A stretch of 64,000 nucleotides of DNA from a virus: positions 23,777 through 87,776 of the IMG/VR virus record IMGVR_UViG_3300008267_000014; one strand, 5' to 3'. This document shows positions 39,951 through 49,742 of the stretch, one piece after another. The position numbers were made by a program, and so were the translations under genes. A model generated the notes under the pieces. The model was not told where the DNA came from. It was given only the letters and a program-made list of their open reading frames with translations, and did no database searches. The first letter of the stretch is position 1. Each line of letters opens with the position of its first letter.

Positions 39951-42146
39951 CTATATAATATAATATGGGTTAACATATGTTGCAACACCACCTTCGAAAG
40001 TGTATGCTAAATTCCAATAATATAATGGCATACCGTTAGAGACCTCTTTTCCGAATATTTTAAAATCATCGTAATTTGATGGTGCGTTATGTAAAACGAC
40101 ATAAAATGAAGAATGATATTGGTTATAAGTTGTCCCATCATCATCTCTTGGGTATAATGTTGGTAAATCAGGACAAACAATTGAAACTAAATTAGGTATC
40201 GATTCATTATTACCGAAAGAATCTGAATAAAACGGATATGTTGTAACTTGTTGTTTAATTATTGAACTTTTTTTTGTTGTTATTTGAGCATCGGGGATTA
40301 AATTAGGATAATCAACAAAATTAACACCTTTAATATAATTAAAAGGCTCTTCACATTTAGTACCAATTGACCAAGAATATGAAAATGGTGAAGTATAAGT
40401 ATTATTGTTAACTGAACTAACTATAGTATCGATAGTATTATAACAAGTTCCTGAACTACATACATCAGTGCCACCTGTAAATTCAATATGTCTTACCATA
40501 TTAGGCATTGTAATTTGAATTGTATATGTTCCACCTGTTGATGAATACGTTATATTAGAATGTTGTGATATTGATATTTGACGATATTGTGTATTATCGC
40601 CGCATAAATCACTACCTGTTATATTACTTGGAAAAACAAAACCCCATTCTTTGTAATAACCAACTTCTGTGTCAGGTACACTTGTTGTAAAAAACGACCT
40701 AATATATTCTAATTTATCATGATAAAAATTATAATCATTGATATTATCAAATTGTAATGTGATAATACCTGTACCACCAACACCTGTATTGGTTTTCGTA
40801 AGGGTTATATTACCACCATCTTGAGGAGCACAAGAGTTACCGACACCAAATGGTGTTATTACGTATTCACAACCTCTGACATTATATTTGAATTCTAAAG
40901 AAACTGAACTGGTGTTAAAATCAAAAGTCGAATTAGTATAATCAACAAGTGTTTGTGGTGGTGACCCACTACATCCGCTAACTTGAAACGATATTGTTTT
41001 AGCACTACATACTATTGGTGAATTTATAATTGACGATTCTATAATCTTCAATGACTCGTTTAAGTAATCATTATTACATGAGTAACAATCTATAGTATCT
41101 AAACATGCAAAATTTAAATACCAGTTAGTTTGAGAGTTACCTGAATTCGGTATGACTTCAATTAACAATCTATCATTAGCCGACCTTGTTAATCCTGTTA
41201 ACGTTACTATTTTACGAAAAGGTCCCCAATAATTTGTATTTGGAATATCATATGGTGTCCAAACGTTACCAGGGTATGGGTATAAACCAGAACCCATGTT
41301 CCACCAATCTAATACAATTGGTCTTTGATACGCATCACCATAATATGTTAGTTTAAATTCATCTGTTATTGTTACAGCATCAAAACTCCATGCAAAAAAG
41401 TTAGTATTGCCCGATAATTTAAAGGTAGCTGCTACCCCTTTTGCCGGTGCGTTAAATCCGTTTGCAACAAATGATAATTGGTGTGTATATTTTTCTGTTG
41501 GATAATTACCATTATCACAAGTGTATGCGGATATTGATACTTGAATACCTGATAGACAATCTAAATAAGCGTCTATCTCACCAGGCGTTTCATTATTATA
41601 TGAAAATTTTTTCCCATCGTAATATAGATTGCTAATAATTGGGAAATAATAACCTTCTTCTAATGGTATTGCACTATCATTTAAAATTGGATGTGTGAAT
41701 GAATAACCTGAAAATTCAGAGCCATAACCTGATGTAAATGATAAAGGTAATGAATTTGAAAAAACTGATGTTTCACTAGGTCCGTACCAATTAATTTTAT
41801 AACTACTGATAGGTGTTTCACAACTACCGGTTAAGTTACCGACACTTAAACGACCAACTGTTGATGCTGAATATAAATCAAAATCAAATGAGCAAATTTC
41901 ACATATGTCGTTATCTTGGATTGGTATTGTACAATAACAACCTGTGTTGGTATCTCTAAGTCTAATACTGGTTGTACCATCAGGGACATCAACTCTATAA
42001 GGACAATTAGGTTCTGTTACTGAATCTAAAGTTATTTGACTTTCTATTGGATTAATAGTATCTAAATCTGAATACACAATAAACGGACCTGTTAGTCCAG
42101 GATATGAGTTTAGATTAGTTAAACATATTTGAATTCTTTTTGACAT
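39951..42146 (-). CDS. Cys-rich putative virion surface protein (731 aa)
   Basis: Long ORF in the minus-strand structural block; small N-terminal beta domain (GPFIVYSD...VDVPDGTTSIRL). Confidence 0.55.
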   Translation of the reverse strand: MSKRIQICLTNLNSYPGLTGPFIVYSDLDTINPIESQITLDSVTEPNCPYRVDVPDGTTSIRLRDTNTGCYCTIPIQDNDICEICSFDFDLYSASTVGRLSVGNLTGSCETPISSYKINWYGPSETSVFSNSLPLSFTSGYGSEFSGYSFTHPILNDSAIPLEEGYYFPIISNLYYDGKKFSYNNETPGEIDAYLDCLSGIQVSISAYTCDNGNYPTEKYTHQLSFVANGFNAPAKGVAATFKLSGNTNFFAWSFDAVTITDEFKLTYYGDAYQRPIVLDWWNMGSGLYPYPGNVWTPYDIPNTNYWGPFRKIVTLTGLTRSANDRLLIEVIPNSGNSQTNWYLNFACLDTIDCYSCNNDYLNESLKIIESSIINSPIVCSAKTISFQVSGCSGSPPQTLVDYTNSTFDFNTSSVSLEFKYNVRGCEYVITPFGVGNSCAPQDGGNITLTKTNTGVGGTGIITLQFDNINDYNFYHDKLEYIRSFFTTSVPDTEVGYYKEWGFVFPSNITGSDLCGDNTQYRQISISQHSNITYSSTGGTYTIQITMPNMVRHIEFTGGTDVCSSGTCYNTIDTIVSSVNNNTYTSPFSYSWSIGTKCEEPFNYIKGVNFVDYPNLIPDAQITTKKSSIIKQQVTTYPFYSDSFGNNESIPNLVSIVCPDLPTLYPRDDDGTTYNQYHSSFYVVLHNAPSNYDDFKIFGKEVSNGMPLYYWNLAYTFEGGVATYVNPYYII

Positions 42147-42158
42147 AAATTATTAATT

Positions 42159-45100
42159 TTATAAACCACCTAAATCAGTTATGGTCCAATTATAAGTGTT
42201 AGTTAAAATATCTCTTGAAGGACCTGAGTTTGAGATAAAATAATATGAATCACCACCATTAAATACAACATCGTTTCTAACTGATTGAGATGCCCATCCA
42301 TTTAATAATGAATCATATGAAAAATACGATAATGGAACATTTAAAAACATATTTTCAGCATATACTAAATCAGTTACATCCCAACCACCAATATTTTGGT
42401 CGAATGATAATGCATTTGCGAACATGTTATATGTATTAGTTACTTTCCAACTTGGTATTGGTTGATTAAATGACGTAGCACCTGAGAACATATTTGCTGT
42501 ACTAATACCGGTTACAATCCAGTTACCAATCGAAGGACTACCACCATTATTGAAAGATGTTGCGTTTACAAACATTTCAGATAATGAGTAATCTGTATTA
42601 TAAGCGTTATATATATTACTAATATCCCAGTCACCTATATTTTGATTAAATGATGTTGCGTTTCTAAACATTCCGTAGAAACCATTGGAATTACTGGTTA
42701 TCCAATTATTTAAAGGTTGGTTAAATGATGTTGCATAAGCGAACACTTCCTCCATATTATAAACTTGACTAACGTCCCAATTATTTATTGAAGAACTACC
42801 TCCGTTATTAAAAGAAGTTGCTCCTGAAAACATACGATACATATTTGTTAAACCACTTACATTCCAATCACCTAAATCTTGATTGAAATTCGTAGCACCA
42901 TTGAACATGTGTGACATCTGAGTTACATTACTAACGTCCCAATTATTTAAAGGTTGATTGAATGATGTTGCGTTAGCAAACATTGAGTCCAAATAATAAA
43001 TATTACTTGTATTCCACCCATTTAATGGTTGGTTGAAATTTGTTGCGTTAGCGAACATATAACCGATATTTGTTGCTCCGGTAATATTCCAATTATTTAA
43101 TGGTTGGTTGAAATTTGTTGCGTTATAGAACATTGCACCAAAAGTTTCTACATTACTAACGTCCCAATTATTTATTGAAGGGCTTCCGCCATTATTAAAT
43201 GATGTCGCATTACGAAACAAACCGTTCATTTCAATAACATTACTGACATTTAAATTACCAATATCTTGATTAAATGATGTTGCACTATAAAACATATTTG
43301 TAATGATAGTTCCTGGTTTAAATACCCATTGTTCAAAATTATTAATAGTTGTTAATGAAATACAATATTGGAATAAACTTTCTAAATAATATGATATATT
43401 TGTTGGAACATCCGTAACCGAAGATAAATCTAAATTAACGTATGCATAAAAATCATACTCGTTTAAATCTATGTCACCCCATTTAGTTATTGATATTGTT
43501 TTTCTTGACCCATTATAATTATAAAACCTAAATCTACCATCGATTTTAATAGTATAAACACCTGTTGATGTGTAGGTGTGTTTATGTGAGAAAAAACTAC
43601 CGGCTCCGATAGTCATTACAGTACCATCACCCCAATCAATCGTTGACCCTGAGTATGAATATATCGTAATTGCAAATTGTCTATTACCTAATTGGTAATC
43701 AGGTATTGTGGTATCTATAATCATCGTAAATGGATTAATCATTGGTACCGGTGTTGGATATGGTGTTGTAGTCGGTGTTGGTGTTACAGAAGTTGATGTT
43801 GGTGTTTGTGTTGGTAAATCAATATATGTAAATCCGGTAATACCGCAATCATCGTGAGGTGTTGCAAATGGAGTCCTTGTTTGAGTTACCGTTGGTGTAA
43901 CTGTTGGTGTCATTGTGTTGGTTGGAGATAACGTTGGTGTAATAGTCGGTGTTTGAGTAACGGTTGGTGTTGCGGTTTTTGTCGGCCTAGGTGTTGGTGT
44001 GTTAGTTTTTGTAACAGTTGGTGTTATGGTTGGTGTTGCGGTGTTCGTTTGTGTAGGAGTTGGCGTAATATAAATTGACCCTGATGATGATAATGTGGGT
44101 GTATTTGAAGATGTTATTGTGTTTGTAGGTGTGATAGTTGGTGTTATTGTGTTTGTAGGTGTAAAAGTTGGTGTTATTGTGTTTGTAGGTGTAAAAGTTG
44201 GTGTAGGTGTTCTTGTTGGTTCACATATCACGCAATTTATAGAAATTGAATTTAATATGATTGTATTCGCACCTGTAATGTCAGTAGTGGTTCCTAAATA
44301 AGTAACACATTTAGTATTACCATCAACATCGGCGTTAAATACCATACCAATCTCAATTGAACCACCACCTGGTACTATTAAAACATCATTAGTTGTATAT
44401 AGTATATTAGGGTCATTACAATCTGAGAACTTTTTACTAATAGGGCAGTTAATGTAATCATTAATAGTATTAAAAGTAACATCACCTGAGAAATTAAAAG
44501 GTCTATCAATAATACCTGATTGTGTTGGAGTAACTGTTGGCGTTGCTGTAGGTGTTGGTGTATATTTAACAACATTAGCATCGATTATAATACTATTACA
44601 TACATTAGTCGATGTTGGTGTTGGTGTCGGTGTAGGTGTTGATGATGTTGTAGGTGTTGGTGTCGTACAATCAACGGGCGAACAATCAAAAAATGTATTA
44701 AAATCTAAAACTGAACAATTATTAGTTGGTGTTGGAGTTGGTGTAGGACAAATCCCTACCGATAAGTATTCATCAAATAAATCAGGACAATTACTATAGC
44801 ATGGTGATTTACCGGCCAATAAACAGTCACCACCCAAAGTATTCGATAAACACCATTGGTTAGACGTGTATTTATAATAAAGGTAATAACCATTAGTACT
44901 ACCAGTCCAATAAGGTGCTGTATAATACGTTCCCGCTAATGTAAAATTATCGTTATATATATCAAACCCTGTATTAGTTAAACAATAAAATTCTTCAGTA
45001 CATGGTTCAGGACAATCACATAAAATATCACTTTCATTTATAATACCATATTCAGATTCTGTAGTTGGGTAACTTGATGAACAAACAACTACAGATGTTG

Positions 45101-45608
45101 AGGCTGAAACTGTTATAGGGGATATCGTTCCATAACAACAAGGTGTAAATGTGAAATCAATAGATTCCGTTTCGTTATTATTAGTTAATGTAAATTCTTT
45201 ACAATAACAACAAATTGGGTCTTCTTCAACTATACTAATATTAACATACTCACCAAAAGTACCGTTAGGATATCTAGTACTACAAATAGTAATACTATCA
45301 CCAAAACCTATTGTTATTGGTGATGTTAATTCTTCATCACAACAAGGTTCAAAATTAATTATTGCATCTGTTGTTTCTGAGTTATTATTAATGTTATATC
45401 TATAACAGTAACATGGCGGTGTTTCAGTTAATTCAATTAAGAAATCACTACCTATTTCACCAACAGGTGCTGAATTTGAAAGAATAGTAAATGACCCTTC
45501 AGGTGATACTGATAATGGCGAACTTAATTCTTCCGTACAACAAGGTTCAAACGATATCGTTGATAATTCCGCTCCTTGATTAGTTATCGAATATGCTTTA
45601 CAACTCAT
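42159..45608 (-). CDS. Modular surface protein: Cys-rich triple repeat, Thr/Pro stalk, PKD-like domain, DUF285/BspA-type repeats
   Basis: Three C..Y/F.I.N...F.PCC....SP units; TPT linkers; IDWGDG..HTY..GVY; about ten MF.NATSFNQPL.NWDVSNV repeats. Confidence 0.8.
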   Translation of the reverse strand: MSCKAYSITNQGAELSTISFEPCCTEELSSPLSVSPEGSFTILSNSAPVGEIGSDFLIELTETPPCYCYRYNINNNSETTDAIINFEPCCDEELTSPITIGFGDSITICSTRYPNGTFGEYVNISIVEEDPICCYCKEFTLTNNNETESIDFTFTPCCYGTISPITVSASTSVVVCSSSYPTTESEYGIINESDILCDCPEPCTEEFYCLTNTGFDIYNDNFTLAGTYYTAPYWTGSTNGYYLYYKYTSNQWCLSNTLGGDCLLAGKSPCYSNCPDLFDEYLSVGICPTPTPTPTNNCSVLDFNTFFDCSPVDCTTPTPTTSSTPTPTPTPTSTNVCNSIIIDANVVKYTPTPTATPTVTPTQSGIIDRPFNFSGDVTFNTINDYINCPISKKFSDCNDPNILYTTNDVLIVPGGGSIEIGMVFNADVDGNTKCVTYLGTTTDITGANTIILNSISINCVICEPTRTPTPTFTPTNTITPTFTPTNTITPTITPTNTITSSNTPTLSSSGSIYITPTPTQTNTATPTITPTVTKTNTPTPRPTKTATPTVTQTPTITPTLSPTNTMTPTVTPTVTQTRTPFATPHDDCGITGFTYIDLPTQTPTSTSVTPTPTTTPYPTPVPMINPFTMIIDTTIPDYQLGNRQFAITIYSYSGSTIDWGDGTVMTIGAGSFFSHKHTYTSTGVYTIKIDGRFRFYNYNGSRKTISITKWGDIDLNEYDFYAYVNLDLSSVTDVPTNISYYLESLFQYCISLTTINNFEQWVFKPGTIITNMFYSATSFNQDIGNLNVSNVIEMNGLFRNATSFNNGGSPSINNWDVSNVETFGAMFYNATNFNQPLNNWNITGATNIGYMFANATNFNQPLNGWNTSNIYYLDSMFANATSFNQPLNNWDVSNVTQMSHMFNGATNFNQDLGDWNVSGLTNMYRMFSGATSFNNGGSSSINNWDVSQVYNMEEVFAYATSFNQPLNNWITSNSNGFYGMFRNATSFNQNIGDWDISNIYNAYNTDYSLSEMFVNATSFNNGGSPSIGNWIVTGISTANMFSGATSFNQPIPSWKVTNTYNMFANALSFDQNIGGWDVTDLVYAENMFLNVPLSYFSYDSLLNGWASQSVRNDVVFNGGDSYYFISNSGPSRDILTNTYNWTITDLGGL
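44112..44204 (-). repeat. 30-bp tandem repeat x3 in the Thr/Pro stalk
   Basis: TGTTATTGTGTTTGTAGGTGT(A/G)A(A/T)AGTTGG repeated, encoding TPTFTPTNTI. Confidence 0.85.
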
Positions 45609-45671
45609 TTAAAAAAATATATTTTAATAAATATAGTATCTATTAAAAACTTTTGAATAATAATTCCTATA

Positions 45672-45887
45672 TTAAACGGATAATGTGTCGTATTTGACAC
45701 AACCATTGTTATCAACTATTTTTAAATTAAATTCATTTTGACTATTCATTATAGTTGGAACATCGAATGAATATGGAAATGTTGAAATAGTATCAATATA
45801 AACACACACTGTTGAAAGATTATCACAAAGATAAATGTTAAAAGGTGTTGTCCCTGTGATGTTATTTATTGTTATATTTGTTGGCAT
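45672..45887 (-). CDS. Small stand-alone domain protein (71 aa), paralogous to the N-terminus of 33300-35255
   Basis: Start moved to MPTNI (45887), just downstream of TATTTAT. ITGTTPFNIYLCD....C aligns with [14 protein letters not shown]....C. Confidence 0.65.
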   Translation of the reverse strand: MPTNITINNITGTTPFNIYLCDNLSTVCVYIDTISTFPYSFDVPTIMNSQNEFNLKIVDNNGCVKYDTLSV

Positions 45888-45936
45888 TATATAGTTTTTA
45901 ACTATAAATATAAACTTAGTCAAAAACTAGTGAAGG

Positions 45937-45965
45937 TTGATTTATTAGTTAATTTATTATATTAT
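45937..45965 (+). promoter_or_regulatory. Putative early/middle promoter for the primase operon
   Basis: TTGATT-N17-TATTAT at the strand-divergence point. Confidence 0.5.
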
Positions 45966-45972
45966 TAAAAAT

Positions 45973-46872
45973 ATGTCAGATGATAGTGAAATTTTAGTGG
46001 ATTTATTACGTGATGTATTAGGTGATGAACATTTACACTATGAACATAAGGGGCAAATTTCATTCAATTGTCCCGAATGTGATGAGGATAGGAATAAAGG
46101 TAATTTAGAAGTTAATTATTTTTCACATTTATATAAATGTTGGAGTTGTTCCGAGGTTAATAATACTCACGGTCCTTTAGGTAAATTATTCGATAAATAC
46201 GGTACAAAACAACAAAAAAAAGTGTATGAAGTTATTAGACCAGAACAATATACCCCAAAAGAAAAACAGGTTAAGAAATTAAAATTACCTGATAATTTTA
46301 AATACTTTAAAGAGGTTAGTAATGCTTACCCTATTAGACGTACAGCATATAACTATTTAATTAGTCGAGGTATTACTGATAAAATTATCGATAAATATAA
46401 AATAGGTTTTTGTGATAGTGGAAGTCATTCTGGTAGAATCGTAGTTCCTTCATTTAACGAAATGGGTGTACTGAACTATTATATTGCTAGAAGTTGGTAT
46501 CCGAACACTAAAGCAAAATATAAAAACCCTGAAACACCGAAGGATGAAATCATTTTCAATGAAAGTTTAATAAATTGGAATGAAGATATTTTTTTAGTTG
46601 AAGGTGTTTTTGATTCGTTTTTCTTACCTAATAGTATTCCTATGTTAGGTAAACATATGTCAGAGTTATTGTTTACTAGTTTATATAATAGAGCTATGGG
46701 TAATATAATAATCGCTTTAGATGGTGATGCGTTCGATAACGGAGTTAAATTATATCATGAATTAAATGGTGGTGGTTTGTATGGTAAAATAAAAATTTTG
46801 AAATTACCTATAGATAAAGATGTTTGTGATTTAAAGGGTGAAATAAATGAATTTTATTATAATATGAGATGA
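45973..46872 (+). CDS. DNA primase (Zn-binding domain plus TOPRIM)
   Basis: CPEC...CWSC; YLISRGI; RIVVP; KYKNP; LVEGVFD; IALDGD. Confidence 0.9.
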   Translation: MSDDSEILVDLLRDVLGDEHLHYEHKGQISFNCPECDEDRNKGNLEVNYFSHLYKCWSCSEVNNTHGPLGKLFDKYGTKQQKKVYEVIRPEQYTPKEKQVKKLKLPDNFKYFKEVSNAYPIRRTAYNYLISRGITDKIIDKYKIGFCDSGSHSGRIVVPSFNEMGVLNYYIARSWYPNTKAKYKNPETPKDEIIFNESLINWNEDIFLVEGVFDSFFLPNSIPMLGKHMSELLFTSLYNRAMGNIIIALDGDAFDNGVKLYHELNGGGLYGKIKILKLPIDKDVCDLKGEINEFYYNMR

Positions 46873-47738
46873 GTGATATATTAATAATTAAAGATGAAAT
46901 TTTAAAAATTTTAGAAAATAAACGAAGTGAGTTACAGTTAACTTTTTTAGAAGATACACATACTTACACTATGATTGACAAAAATGGTGTATTAAGGTCT
47001 GATTGGCCGTCCGTATCGAAAGTGATGAAACTTTTTTATACTGAATTTGACACTGATGGTATTGCCGAAAAGAAATCTAAAGGTAATCCTGAAGAAAAGG
47101 CTCGTTTACTAAAAGAATGGAGTGATGCTGGTGCATATTCAACAAATATGGGGTCTAGAGTTCATTACTATCTTGAAAAAAAATCTGTCGAAATGTTCGG
47201 TATCGATAAAGAAGTAAGAGCACCTATATTTGAGGTCGATTTTACACAAATACTAAAAGGTGACTCAATGATAACTGCGGGAACTAAGTATTTGGAGTTA
47301 ATGAAAGAAAGAGATGGTATTCTTTTGGATACTGAAATAGTTTTTGGTTCAAATGATTTAGGGTATACAGGACAAGCGGATACCGGATGGTTATTTTACA
47401 ATAAAGAAAAAAATGATATTGGTATTGTTATAACTGATTATAAAACTAATAAAAAGAAAAATTTTGAATCAAATCGGTTTACTAAAAAAATGAAATACCC
47501 ATTTGATAATTTAGATGATACTGCATTAGGTCATTATTTTACACAATTGCCATTATATGGTAAGTTATTATTGGATATGTTAAAAGGTTCTAAATATGAA
47601 GACATTAAAATTTACGGTTGTATTGTTGTTCATCTAAATGAAAATGGTGAATTTGAAGAATATCGAGTACCAAAAGATATTCAAACAACTATTCTTAACA
47701 TGGATATGTCAAAATATTTGACTAAAATAAAAAAATAA
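46869..47738 (+). CDS. PD-(D/E)XK exonuclease
   Basis: HTY...PSVS; GSRVHYYLE; E....YTGQAD...ITDYKTNK; Y.TQL.LY. Confidence 0.8.
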   Translation: MSDILIIKDEILKILENKRSELQLTFLEDTHTYTMIDKNGVLRSDWPSVSKVMKLFYTEFDTDGIAEKKSKGNPEEKARLLKEWSDAGAYSTNMGSRVHYYLEKKSVEMFGIDKEVRAPIFEVDFTQILKGDSMITAGTKYLELMKERDGILLDTEIVFGSNDLGYTGQADTGWLFYNKEKNDIGIVITDYKTNKKKNFESNRFTKKMKYPFDNLDDTALGHYFTQLPLYGKLLLDMLKGSKYEDIKIYGCIVVHLNENGEFEEYRVPKDIQTTILNMDMSKYLTKIKK

Positions 47739-47748
47739 ATTATAGTTT
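47717..47748 (+). promoter_or_regulatory. Putative early/middle promoter
   Basis: TTGACT (47718)-N17-TATAGT (47741); also reads as TTTG-N20-TATAGTTT. Confidence 0.55.
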
Positions 47749-47752
47749 AAAC

Positions 47753-47866
47753 ATGGAAAACAATATCAAATGGTATTACAACACAACGTGGGATAATACG
47801 AATAATAAAATAATAGTTAACTACATAATAAACAATAAACTAAATTTTAATTTAAATGGAAACTAA
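47753..47866 (+). CDS. Possible 37-aa peptide (not in the ORF track)
   Basis: ATG directly behind the promoter; MENNIKWYYNTTWDNTNNKIIVNYIINNKLNFNLNGN fills the intergenic gap. Confidence 0.3.
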   Translation: MENNIKWYYNTTWDNTNNKIIVNYIINNKLNFNLNGN

Positions 47867-48092
47867 CCAACCTAGAATTGATTTAAAACAACAAGCCACC
47901 GTTGAGTGTGAAAATTGTAAAGGAATGTACTTTAAAGAGGTTACTTTATTAAAACGAGTACCTGGTTTAATGCTTGGTAAAAGTGAAGATACATTAGTTC
48001 CCTTTCCGACATACAAATGTGATTCTTGTGGACACGTAAATACTGAGTTTGCGTTATTTGATGAAACTAATAAAACAAATTTAATTCAATAA
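47856..48092 (+). CDS. Small zinc-ribbon protein
   Basis: CENC...CDSCGHVN. Confidence 0.75.
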   Translation: METNQPRIDLKQQATVECENCKGMYFKEVTLLKRVPGLMLGKSEDTLVPFPTYKCDSCGHVNTEFALFDETNKTNLIQ

Positions 48093-48098
48093 TAAAAC

Positions 48099-48875
48099 AT
48101 GATAACTAAATTAGTTCATTTTTCGGATTTACATCTTAGAATGTATAAAGACCATAAATTGTATCGTGATATTTTAACTGATATGATAAATCAATTTAGA
48201 GCTCTTAAACCGGATAGAATTGTTTTTACGGGAGATTTAGTACATTCTAAAAACCAAGTTACACCTGAATTAATTGAAATGGTTAGTTGGATATTGACAG
48301 AATGTTCAAACATTTCAAAGACTGTGATTATCCCCGGTAACCATGATTTTATACCTAACTTAGAGAGGTTAGATACTTTAACACCTATCATTAATTCGTT
48401 AAATAATCCTAATATCTTTTATTTTAAAGATAGAGGTGTTTACGAAGATGAAAACGTGTCTTGGTGTGTTTACTCACAATTTCAAGGTAATATACCACCT
48501 GATATAACAGATGCCAAGGGTATTAAAGTTGGATTATTTCATGGACCTATTCAAGGAATGAAGACTGAATTAGGATTTGATTTTGGAGAGGAAGCATATC
48601 CTGTTACTAAATTTGATGGTTTAGATGTTGTATTGTGTGGTGATATCCATTTACGACAAGAATTTAAGATACAAAATGGTAAGGGGTATATGATTGGTTC
48701 TACAATTTCTCAAAATTTTTCTGAAAAAATTGATAGACATGGTTATGGTATTTTAGATTTAACAACTATGAAATATGATTATGTTGATTTACATAATCCA
48801 AAACCATACATGTCATTTAGAATTACATCATATGATGATATTATTAAGGAAAGTGAAAAATTGGTAAATGTTTAA
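48099..48875 (+). CDS. Mre11/SbcD/gp47-like metallophosphoesterase (nuclease domain only)
   Basis: SDLH, TGDLVH, PGNHD, FHG and GDIH motifs; Rad50 lies downstream. Confidence 0.9.
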   Translation: MITKLVHFSDLHLRMYKDHKLYRDILTDMINQFRALKPDRIVFTGDLVHSKNQVTPELIEMVSWILTECSNISKTVIIPGNHDFIPNLERLDTLTPIINSLNNPNIFYFKDRGVYEDENVSWCVYSQFQGNIPPDITDAKGIKVGLFHGPIQGMKTELGFDFGEEAYPVTKFDGLDVVLCGDIHLRQEFKIQNGKGYMIGSTISQNFSEKIDRHGYGILDLTTMKYDYVDLHNPKPYMSFRITSYDDIIKESEKLVNV

Positions 48876-49740
48876 AATTAATGATTCATATAATAAGGAC
48901 ATCCTCAGTTTTTGTAAAACTAATAATATTGAGGATGTTCAATTATTTGTTAATAAATGTTTTAAACAAGGTTTTGATGTTAAAAAATATGGTTTGTTAG
49001 GTGGTGATGTTGAAGAAATTGTAAAAGAAATCGAAGTTATAAAAGAAGTTGAAGTAATTAAAGAGGTTTTTATTGAAAAAGAAATCCCTGTAGAAATTAT
49101 TAAAGAAATTATAGTCGAAAAACCTGTTGAAGTTATTAAAGAAATTATAGTCGAAAAGACTATACCTGTCGAGACTATTAAGGAGGTAATTGTTGAAAAG
49201 ACTATACCTGTTGAGATTATTAAGGAAGTTATAGTTGAAAAGGTTACTGAAGTTTTATCACCACCAATTGAAGTTAAAGTTATTGAATATATTGATAGAG
49301 AAATTAAAGTTGAAGTCCCTATTGAAAAGATAATTTATGTATCAGGTGAAACTCATACAATTATTAATGAAAAAATAATTGAAGTTCCTGTTGAAAAAAT
49401 TGTGACAAACACTATTGAGAAAATAATTGAAATCCCTGTTGAAAAGATTATTACAAATACTATTGAAAAAATTGTTGAAGTTCCTGTAGAAAAAATTGTA
49501 ATAAATACTGTTGAAAAAATTGTTGAAGTTGAAAAAATTGTTGAAGTTATTAAGGAAGTTGATAATGCGAATCACAAACAAAAAATGTTAGAAAATACTT
49601 TACAAAAAGTGAGGGAAGAATTGATTATAAAAAATAAAAAAATAGAAGAATTAGAAGAAATAAATAAAAAATTAGAATCTTTAAATTCACAACAAACTGC
49701 GGTTTATTTAAAAGGGTCTAATCTAAGTCAAAAAATGTAA
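48868..49740 (+). CDS. Protein with EKIVEVPV (alveolin/articulin-like) repeats and a C-terminal coiled coil
   Basis: ~180 aa made of E/K/I/V/P repeats. Confidence 0.75.
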   Translation: MFKINDSYNKDILSFCKTNNIEDVQLFVNKCFKQGFDVKKYGLLGGDVEEIVKEIEVIKEVEVIKEVFIEKEIPVEIIKEIIVEKPVEVIKEIIVEKTIPVETIKEVIVEKTIPVEIIKEVIVEKVTEVLSPPIEVKVIEYIDREIKVEVPIEKIIYVSGETHTIINEKIIEVPVEKIVTNTIEKIIEIPVEKIITNTIEKIVEVPVEKIVINTVEKIVEVEKIVEVIKEVDNANHKQKMLENTLQKVREELIIKNKKIEELEEINKKLESLNSQQTAVYLKGSNLSQKM

Positions 49741-49742
49741 AT

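Noticed and set aside
46869-47738. Cas4 or defence nuclease
   Set aside because: No four-Cys Fe-S motif; coupling to primase fits a replication/recombination exonuclease.
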